Shown here: in pieces, positions 9,566 to 17,317 of the stretch
Position numbering within the stretch: position 1 is the first letter of the stretch
Layout of the letters: every line of letters begins with the position of its first letter
From: Candidatus Thorarchaeota archaeon
GTDB taxonomy: Archaea; Asgardarchaeota; Thorarchaeia; Thorarchaeales; Thorarchaeaceae
Direction: 5' to 3'
DNA length: 28,156 nucleotides
NCBI GenBank assembly: GCA_016840855.1
Contig: JAEORO010000153.1
Coordinates: forward strand, 1-28,156
Translations under genes and position numbers: made by a program
The notes under the pieces: model-generated
The model's input: the letters and a program-made list of their open reading frames with translations, nothing else
What the model was told of the DNA's origin: nothing
Databases searched by the model: none

Positions 9566-10153
9566 ATGAGGCAAAACCAGATAATTTTAGAGTTCTCATC
9601 CGATTTGCCAGATTATTCGACTTCGGCACTCCAGGAAACACTAGCAGAGAGTCTTTGGGACACTATTAAGGATGAGTCTCTTCATATGATTCTTCGTGAG
9701 TCCGCACTTCTCGAGCTTGCTCGACGAAAGGAGCCAGGAGTTCTTGCGTACTGCGACAAGCTGATTTTATCTGAAGATGAAGAATGTTGGTTCTCAGCCC
9801 TGAAAGCTTTAGAAACTCTAAACACCTATGATGCCACCCAAAGATTGCTTGTTATCTGTGGATACTCTGGAACTAGAAACAGAAACATTGCCATGAATTC
9901 ACTGGCACGAATATTAACGTCATCTCATACTGAAGGATTTCGGAGAATTCTTCGTTCAAGTATTACTCCAGGAGTACTTGATGTCACAGGATGGTCACCA
10001 ACAGCACTTCGTGTACTAATGGCAGTGTGCATAGAACAGAACATTGAGGTGGAAACATCTATCTACTCGCTTGCGCAGTCAATCAAACGTACAGAGATTT
10101 GCAAAAAAGATTCAACCTTAGTAAGAATTCCTGAGAAGAAAAGAAAAATGTAG
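9566..10153 (+). CDS. HEAT/PBS-lyase-like repeat protein
   Basis: Helical repeats LRESALLELARR, CWFSALKALETL and NRNIAMNSLARI spaced about 31 aa apart. Confidence 0.6.
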   Translation: MRQNQIILEFSSDLPDYSTSALQETLAESLWDTIKDESLHMILRESALLELARRKEPGVLAYCDKLILSEDEECWFSALKALETLNTYDATQRLLVICGYSGTRNRNIAMNSLARILTSSHTEGFRRILRSSITPGVLDVTGWSPTALRVLMAVCIEQNIEVETSIYSLAQSIKRTEICKKDSTLVRIPEKKRKM

Positions 10154-10240
10154 TAATTAAGTGAATAATGTCCAGCGATCTGGCTGGTGCTCTCTTAATT
10201 TAATATGTTTAAAGCTAAGAAATATCAAAGTTCCTTCCTT

Positions 10241-12193
10241 CTAATGTAGGCTTACTTGTGTAAGTATTCCTGACACGTCATTATTCCAAGAACCATCATT
10301 CTGAAGAAGCCGCTGATAGAGATTATTCCTGTATCCTATATATGCTGAGATTGGTCTTGCTGTTAAATTAATCTCACATTCTTTTGCTTGGGATTGGAGT
10401 GAATTGAGCAAGTCAAATGCATCATCTTCTGGAACTCGAGATATTATAAAGCACCAAGACCCTTTGCCAGCAATCCTGACATCTGATGTCGGAGCATGCT
10501 TTAGAAACGACCTTGCCAATGAGCAAATATGATTAGATGGCCCATGGGCAGAAACACAAATCGATGTTAGTTTTTGCATGGTTGTGAGGTAGAATAACTT
10601 GAAAATTCCTTGTTTTTGAAGTGATTCGAGTGTATCTTTGATGGTCATATTATCAATCTTATAGTACCTCGAGTATCGATTATCTTCCAAGTTTACTAAA
10701 TATATTCCCCAAGAAATCATATCAAGAACTTTAGCTTGGACCGGTGATAGTTGAATTGTTTTCGTCGTATAACGAGAACCAAACTCAGTCTTAAGCTGCT
10801 GCAAACTGCGGCTATGTTCAAGCGATTTTAGAAGGATTGAAGAATTGATTCTCCACCTACCTTTTCGATTATTATATAGTGATAAATTAGCTGAGTTTGT
10901 TTCCCAATCGATTATATGAACAGATGGCAAGACTCGAGTGACTTGTTCAATAGAGGACTCTGGAAAAGCCATCAATTGTATTTGAGGTGATTTTTCAGTT
11001 CGATATCCCAATCTAGCAGAGAATTCCAGATGAAAATGAGGCCACTTATGAGCAGCCCCAACATATACAAGCGTTCTCAGACCTATGGATTCTCTTCGGA
11101 CATACCCTCTCATTGCCAAGCCTTGAGTAATCAATGCAAATCGATCGCCCCAGCTTTTCTTAGACCTCAATGCCTCTTTCTTTGTCACCGGGAGCTCTCC
11201 AATTATCTTTCCTTTCTCATTCAAGATTTCTGTTAGCTCTAACGCTCGTTTCATCCAATCAGGAAACATTTCATAGAGTTTGAGTTGTGTCAAATACCAG
11301 GGATTTTGTTCAACAGCAGCCAGAGTGGGTCTCTCTGTAACTTTCAATGAACCAGTGTCTGCTTGATTCATTATTTTAACATAAGGCGGTGGCTTTCTAT
11401 CATCTAGAAGACATTTTATATGACCAGTAACAAGAGAATTGAAGATATCAAATTCAGCATATCTTTGAATAAAATCCATAGGGTCCTCAGAGGGTATCTC
11501 TGCAGTTTCTGTCCATGCTAAAAATGCGATTATTTGCTTTCTTGCTCTTTCTGGAAAAGATGATGGAACAAGCTGCTTCAGAGTTTCACCCATCGTTTGT
11601 TTCAATGAAAGATCGGCAATATTGACTCCTTCAACCAATCTATCAATTATCGACCATAATGGTGGACCAGCGTCTAGAATTGAATACAAATCAAATTCTT
11701 TCCTGAAGGATTCCCGAATCGCATTTTGAACTATAAGGTCATGTTTCATCTCAAGAATTGTTGTTTCATATGTGTGAATCTTATAGGAGATGAAATCGCC
11801 GGGGTCATCTAGACTTATGATGGTCAGCAACTTGTGTTGAGAGTTTCTAATATCTTGCACCGCGTATAATGCTAAATTCTGCCCGTCAATCACATGTGTA
11901 ATCCACTTGTCTGAACTCTGAGGATACATACGATCAATAACAGTGCCTTTGGGGGCATAACCCATCACAACCTCTATTCTTGGCTTTAATTGAACGATTT
12001 CGTTTTGGAGAATAGGTAGCCTTGGATCAATAAAATCGTGTAATGCAAAATACACATCATTGCTTTCTTTGATTTCTTCTCCGCTTTCAAATCTTATTAT
12101 TGGACCAGAGCAGGTATACCTCAAAATCCCTATTTCTTCGTCATAATTACTTCGGTATACTTTAACGGGGAATTCGATTGAATTCTTGGTCAT
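10241..12193 (-). CDS. Large protein with C-terminal Lrp/AsnC-like wHTH+RAM-like region; probable paralogue of 7521..9488 (alternative TTG start at 12199)
   Basis: LSPVQAKVLDMI...TIKDTLESLQKQGIFKLFY is wHTH-like; shares NLSLYNNRKGRW and LYQRLLQ-type motifs with the 655-aa protein. Confidence 0.7.
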   Translation of the reverse strand: MTKNSIEFPVKVYRSNYDEEIGILRYTCSGPIIRFESGEEIKESNDVYFALHDFIDPRLPILQNEIVQLKPRIEVVMGYAPKGTVIDRMYPQSSDKWITHVIDGQNLALYAVQDIRNSQHKLLTIISLDDPGDFISYKIHTYETTILEMKHDLIVQNAIRESFRKEFDLYSILDAGPPLWSIIDRLVEGVNIADLSLKQTMGETLKQLVPSSFPERARKQIIAFLAWTETAEIPSEDPMDFIQRYAEFDIFNSLVTGHIKCLLDDRKPPPYVKIMNQADTGSLKVTERPTLAAVEQNPWYLTQLKLYEMFPDWMKRALELTEILNEKGKIIGELPVTKKEALRSKKSWGDRFALITQGLAMRGYVRRESIGLRTLVYVGAAHKWPHFHLEFSARLGYRTEKSPQIQLMAFPESSIEQVTRVLPSVHIIDWETNSANLSLYNNRKGRWRINSSILLKSLEHSRSLQQLKTEFGSRYTTKTIQLSPVQAKVLDMISWGIYLVNLEDNRYSRYYKIDNMTIKDTLESLQKQGIFKLFYLTTMQKLTSICVSAHGPSNHICSLARSFLKHAPTSDVRIAGKGSWCFIISRVPEDDAFDLLNSLQSQAKECEINLTARPISAYIGYRNNLYQRLLQNDGSWNNDVSGILTQVSLH

Positions 12194-12883
12194 GGACAAC
12201 TACACATCAATATATGAATTAATTATGACATATATTTATCATCCTTTCATCTATAATTATGAGAGATTAGTTGCCATAAATAAAAACGAGAATTTTGTCA
12301 AGATTGTCGGAGCAAAGAAAACACTTCGCTCCGACCCTGACTTAAGCTATTCCAAATACAGGTCACCAAGGCTCAATTTCTGGTTGAGTGTGAGGATCAC
12401 ATTTCAAAATAATGTAATCAAATGGTGACTCAGTAATTTTGGATGTTTCATTAATTCGGGTATTTCTGTATTTGTACATTATTTATCCCAAATACTAACA
12501 CAGTGACAATGCGTTAGTGAAACACAGCTTTTTCCTTGCTGATTCTACCAGAGATATCGGTTTCCAATATTTCAAAGACTCAATATTCCAGGAAGAATTT
12601 CTGACGTGCTTAAAAGGAAAGAGATAGTACAGAATAAGCTATATTGATTAGGAAATATGTAAATATATTTGAATGCGATTATTAGAATCGCTCGAAACCG
12701 CCATAAAATCAATTAGAGTTTTCTGAATGGATATGATAATTCCTCATCCAACCGAACCAAGGTAAACAATCAGAATAGAGCAACTACCATCAACAACCCT
12801 CAAGCAGAATAAAATGAGGATGTTAAGAGATAATTCAAATACCGCCCTTTGTACTAGGTTCCTGATAGGGTGGTGAGAAGTGC

Positions 12884-13963
12884 ATGGTCCGGATTGCTCA
12901 TATCTCTGACTCCCATCTGGGAAGCTCACTCTTCCAGTTAACAGAGAGACGAGAGGATGCTCGTCAGTGCTTCAAGAAAGCAGTAGAGATGTCCATGAAG
13001 CACTCGCCAGATATCCTTGTTCACACGGGAGACCTCTTTCATTCACATATGCCGCAGAATGATGATATGAACTTCGTAATTGAACTGTTTAAGGGACTAA
13101 AGGACAAGGTCCACCTAATTGTGCTTCAGGGCAACCATGACCAGCCTTACGGATATAGGTACAGCCTCAGCCCACTACGGGGTCTCGAGACTATGGACCT
13201 CATTACAAGTACTGGAGATGATCCTCACAGAAAATTAGCAGAAGTATATGATGGAAAAACTGTAGAGATACATCTACTATCGTGGATGCCAAGCCCTCAG
13301 TTCAATCATTACCTGAACTCAATAGAACCGAAGGAGAAACTTGCCCTCTTCTTTGCACATCATATCCATACTCCAACTGAAAATCTACCAGTACACTTCA
13401 ACTATTACGGTTGTGGGCACAAGCACAACCATTGGTTGGATGAGGAGTACGACATTGGGAGACCTGGATCAACTTGTTTTGTTGATTGGAGTAGAGAGAT
13501 GAGAGGACGTAAAAAGCTGATTATCGTTGATGTCGATAATTCGGGGAATGAATACACCGTGCAGCAACTCAACGATGTCAGAGAATTCAAGTTTCTCACA
13601 GGAGTGGACATTACAGGGATGAAACCCGAACAAGTGAATGATTCCCTCAGACACAGTCTCGATAGTCTCTCACCAAAAAAGACGAAGCCAATAATCATCA
13701 TGCAGGTGAATGGCTTGATTGACCCAGAAACTGAAAGGAGTATCAAGCGCTCTGAGATTCTTAAATATGGAGAGAAAAAACTTGATCCACTCTTCCTTCA
13801 CATCGAACCCAACTGGTCATCAGTCGCCGCAAGACCTGTGAGCCTCTCAGAACCATTGGATGTGGAGACCTCAATTCTCGAATATCTGCGCCAGACAAAG
13901 GACAAACAGGCAACACAGATTCAGAGGATTTTGCCGAAGTATTTCGGAGGTGAGATTAGATGA
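12884..13963 (+). CDS. mre11: Mre11/SbcD-family metallophosphoesterase DNA nuclease
   Basis: Phosphoesterase motifs DSHLG, GDLFH, GNHD, FAHH and GHKH, plus RPGS, a capping domain and a short C-terminal helical tail; GGTGA SD; coupled to a Rad50-like gene. Probably a paralogue rather than the housekeeping copy. Confidence 0.88.
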   Translation: MVRIAHISDSHLGSSLFQLTERREDARQCFKKAVEMSMKHSPDILVHTGDLFHSHMPQNDDMNFVIELFKGLKDKVHLIVLQGNHDQPYGYRYSLSPLRGLETMDLITSTGDDPHRKLAEVYDGKTVEIHLLSWMPSPQFNHYLNSIEPKEKLALFFAHHIHTPTENLPVHFNYYGCGHKHNHWLDEEYDIGRPGSTCFVDWSREMRGRKKLIIVDVDNSGNEYTVQQLNDVREFKFLTGVDITGMKPEQVNDSLRHSLDSLSPKKTKPIIIMQVNGLIDPETERSIKRSEILKYGEKKLDPLFLHIEPNWSSVAARPVSLSEPLDVETSILEYLRQTKDKQATQIQRILPKYFGGEIR

Positions 13964-15237
13964 TTCAACGTCTCGCACTACAGAACTATAAAGTATTCAA
14001 AGACCAGGAGTTCTTATTCGATAGAGGAACGACTGCGATAGTTGGACCGAATGGTTCTGGAAAAACATCAATATTGGAGGCATTGGAATTTGCCCTGTTT
14101 CGCGTTGTTACACGGAAAGAAAAGAAGGTCCCAAAGCTTGAGGAGCTAATAAATCATCAGAGCAAAAAAGCAAAGGTCGAGTTGGAATTTGTTGCTCCTA
14201 TTAATAGGAGAACGTACAAAGTTGTTCGTACAATTCACCCAGGTGAAACAACCGCAGAGCTGTTTCTTGTTGGTAATAAGAATCCTGAAACCAGTGGAGC
14301 TACACGTGTGGATGAACAGATTGTGGAACTTATCGGTATGGACAGACACGCTTTCTCAACCCTCACCTATGTTCGTCAGGGTGAGATAGATAGACTATCC
14401 AGAATGGCTCCAAAGGGACGTCGAATAGACCTCTACAGCATGATGGGACTTTCAGTCTATGATAAGGAGAGCACCAAAATTCAGAAAGAGATCAAAAAGA
14501 TAGATGGAGAAATCAAGAAGATTGAAGATGCCAATGAGCAACTTCAAGTCGTGAAACAATACCTTCCTGACACAGGAGAGGTTGAAACTGCTCTAAGAGA
14601 CCTTGATGAGCTGGAGCAGAGCGGGGCAGAAATTCAAAGTGTGAGAAAGGTGATTCAGAAGATTAACCAAACACTTCTGGCTATCAAATCCCAGCTTGAA
14701 TCCCCAGAACTGTCCTCGAAACATGAAGAATTAAAAGAAGTATCGGAAATCACGAAATATCTCAAATCACTCTTAGAGACAATTCCAGATGTTGCTGAAA
14801 ATCAGTTACGGCCACACATCAGGAGTGAAGCAAGGGATCTGTTCCGTGAAATCTTTGGGGACCGGTATTCGGACTTGATCATTGACGACGATTATGAGAT
14901 TGCATTATATGATTTGCAGGGGAACAGGGTCTCTTTAATGGCTGCTTCAGGAGGAGAGGATGTCTGTGTCAACTTTGCATTACGTGTCGCAGTCAATACA
15001 GCTTTACAAAAGCATTCAATCACGAGTCCTCCACCAGGCCTCATAGTCCTTGACGAACCAGGTGCAGGTTTAGATGCTCAAAGAAGGCGTTGGTTGCCGG
15101 AAGCCATATCCCGGCTTGATGTTGTAGACCAGGTGATAGTTGTCACGCACATGGAAGAAATGAGAGGTGCAACAGACCACGTCATCTCACTAACACCACA
15201 AGGAAAGGGAAGACAGCCATTGGTTGAGGTGGAGTAG
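13960..15237 (+). CDS. rad50: Miniature Rad50/SbcC-like SMC-family ABC ATPase (425 aa)
   Basis: Walker A GPNGSGKTS, Q-loop YVRQGEI, signature ASGGE, Walker B/D-loop LIVLDEPGAGLD, H-loop VTH; only about 135 aa of coiled coil; ATGA overlap with the nuclease and GGAGGTGA SD at 13946-13953. Confidence 0.88.
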   Translation: MIQRLALQNYKVFKDQEFLFDRGTTAIVGPNGSGKTSILEALEFALFRVVTRKEKKVPKLEELINHQSKKAKVELEFVAPINRRTYKVVRTIHPGETTAELFLVGNKNPETSGATRVDEQIVELIGMDRHAFSTLTYVRQGEIDRLSRMAPKGRRIDLYSMMGLSVYDKESTKIQKEIKKIDGEIKKIEDANEQLQVVKQYLPDTGEVETALRDLDELEQSGAEIQSVRKVIQKINQTLLAIKSQLESPELSSKHEELKEVSEITKYLKSLLETIPDVAENQLRPHIRSEARDLFREIFGDRYSDLIIDDDYEIALYDLQGNRVSLMAASGGEDVCVNFALRVAVNTALQKHSITSPPPGLIVLDEPGAGLDAQRRRWLPEAISRLDVVDQVIVVTHMEEMRGATDHVISLTPQGKGRQPLVEVE

Positions 15238-15240
15238 GAA

Positions 15241-16443
15241 TCAACTATCGTCAAACATAGATTGCTTTTGATCTTTGACATTCTCACTCTTCGCAATTAG
15301 ACTTCTGAGTTTGAGAGCGACCTTTCTACTCCCGATACAGATGGCACCAACAACAACATCATCCTTGAGAACAGCCTTGAAGTACTGACCAGCATCAACA
15401 TCAACCGAAACAATGCTTTCATATTCAGGAGACCCAGGATTTACGATTCCGATACTTGTCAAATCGATTCCTACGACCTGCAGTTGGTTGGATGGTGTGA
15501 TTCCACTGAATTTGGCGCTACCAAATTCCATCATATTCTGAGCTGCGATTCGAGAAGATGCTGTAGCCCATGGAATGATGCCAAACCACTGATTATTCCA
15601 TTCCATACAATCTCCTGCAGCGAAAACATTCCTTACGGAAGTTTGCATATGATCATCAACAGTTATTCCATGGTGATATTGGATGCCTGAGTTCTTAGCG
15701 ATTATAGTGTTGGATCGCACCCCAGTGGCAATCACAACCAGGTCTCCAGCAATCACGTCATTTTGCGCCGAAACAATGCCTGTTGCATTCTCATCTCCTG
15801 AAATTTCCCTACACTCAAATCCAAAAAGAACCTGAATCCCTTTCTTCTCGATTTGCTTTGTCAGGACCTTACTACCTTGATCATCCAACTGGATTGGTAG
15901 TAGTCGGTCTTCATTACTGACAACAATAGGGTCGCCACCGATTTCTTTCATCGCTGCAGCAAGTTCAATTCCAAGGATACCCCCACCGATGATGATTTCT
16001 CTTCCAGTCCCTTTCACCGCTTCACGAATATCGAGTGCGTCATCTAAAGTTCTGATAACATGGACGTTATTCCTATGAAGACCCTCAAACGGGGGAATGA
16101 ATGGACGACAACCTACAGCAATCATTATGGAATCATATGGCTCATAGTCTATAGAGGTGGATATCACAGCCATTCTTTTAGTATCGATCTGGAATACAGG
16201 TGTTGAGAGGAAAAGGTCAACATCATTCTTCTCATACCAATCAAGGTCATATCGAATGGTTTCTTTGATCGTGCGACGATTTGCGACAAGATCGATGAGG
16301 TTAGGTCGAGGATAATATGGATGACGCTCGTCCGTGAAAACATCAATCTCTATGCTCTGGTCCTTGTTTCGTACCTCTCTAATTGCAGTTGTAGCTGCAA
16401 CACCATTACCAATAATCCCAAGTCTTGTCACTGAATCACGCAC
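15241..16443 (-). CDS. NAD(P)/FAD-dependent oxidoreductase (rubredoxin reductase / NirB N-terminal-like)
   Basis: FAD-binding IIGNGVAA, NAD-binding IIGGGILGIE, ATGVR, TSVRNVFAAGDC; no NADH-oxidase-type redox Cys visible. Confidence 0.9.
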   Translation of the reverse strand: MRDSVTRLGIIGNGVAATTAIREVRNKDQSIEIDVFTDERHPYYPRPNLIDLVANRRTIKETIRYDLDWYEKNDVDLFLSTPVFQIDTKRMAVISTSIDYEPYDSIMIAVGCRPFIPPFEGLHRNNVHVIRTLDDALDIREAVKGTGREIIIGGGILGIELAAAMKEIGGDPIVVSNEDRLLPIQLDDQGSKVLTKQIEKKGIQVLFGFECREISGDENATGIVSAQNDVIAGDLVVIATGVRSNTIIAKNSGIQYHHGITVDDHMQTSVRNVFAAGDCMEWNNQWFGIIPWATASSRIAAQNMMEFGSAKFSGITPSNQLQVVGIDLTSIGIVNPGSPEYESIVSVDVDAGQYFKAVLKDDVVVGAICIGSRKVALKLRSLIAKSENVKDQKQSMFDDS

Positions 16444-16553
16444 CCATAAACATCGAGATGCTGCAATCCCTTATTGAGTATGTCGAAATGTAAAGTAGTA
16501 GTAAAAATATTATATCATACAATTTTTTTAGTGCCAAATTATTCCAAGTAACT

Positions 16554-17312
16554 ATGGGAGAGATGAGTTCTAGACTCCGGTTAACAAAAGCTATTCTATT
16601 TGATATGCATAAGACAATAACGGATGTTAGTGAAGGTTTCATCACTCTCTCTAGAAAAGTAGCTGATAGTGTCGGAGTCGATTTGACAAAGTACACTGAT
16701 TACGAGATTCTAGATGCATTTGAGAAACTTAATGCATGGTTCAGTAAATATCAAGTTGAGCACGATGTGGATATCCACTTTGGAAATGAAGTGGAGCATT
16801 GGATAGATGCAAATAGAATAATGTTTGAATCATTGGGGATTGAAGGTATCTCTGAAGATGTACTTATACTGGTAGAGCAAAGATGGAAAGAACTTCTAAA
16901 AACATGGGAAACTCCAAGACAAGACGCAAAAGAAGTACTGTTTACGCTGTTTGATAGAGGGTATCGACTCGGAATTTGCACACGTCGGCCAGACAACCCG
17001 CATGATTTTTTGAGAGAATGGGGGATTCTTGAAATTCTATCAACAGTGAAATGGACTTTTGTTGCAGGGTATGCAAAACCTCACCCATTTACTTTGATTC
17101 TTGCAGCTAATGAGATAGAAGTTAATCCATTACGATGTGCATTTGTAGGGAACTCTGTTGATGCAGACATATTTGCGGCAAAGAGAGCAGGAATGATTCC
17201 AATTCTAACAACTTGGGCAAATCCTGATGAAGCAAGAAAAGCACCAGATGGAACGTATGTAATCAATGATATAACAAAACTTCTTGAAATCTTTCAAGGG
17301 CCAACAACGTGA
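16554..17312 (+). CDS. HAD-superfamily hydrolase (C1 cap) with atypical motifs
   Basis: Motif I ILFDMHKT, motif II ICT, motif III KPHP, motif IV VGNSVDADI...A..AGM; TTATATC TATA-like box near 16510. Confidence 0.85.
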   Translation: MGEMSSRLRLTKAILFDMHKTITDVSEGFITLSRKVADSVGVDLTKYTDYEILDAFEKLNAWFSKYQVEHDVDIHFGNEVEHWIDANRIMFESLGIEGISEDVLILVEQRWKELLKTWETPRQDAKEVLFTLFDRGYRLGICTRRPDNPHDFLREWGILEILSTVKWTFVAGYAKPHPFTLILAANEIEVNPLRCAFVGNSVDADIFAAKRAGMIPILTTWANPDEARKAPDGTYVINDITKLLEIFQGPTT

Positions 17313-17317
17313 GATTG

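Noticed and set aside
12361-12430. Purine riboswitch or true tRNA
   Set aside because: Lacks the conserved UUUCUAC junction and CCGUAAA loop of purine riboswitches, and lacks the anticodon arm and GTTCRA T-loop of a tRNA. Kept only as a generic structure candidate.
12186-12929. Short ORFs 12186..12428 (+) and 12744..12929 (-)
   Set aside because: They overlap the starts of real genes on the opposite strand and show no SD or motif.
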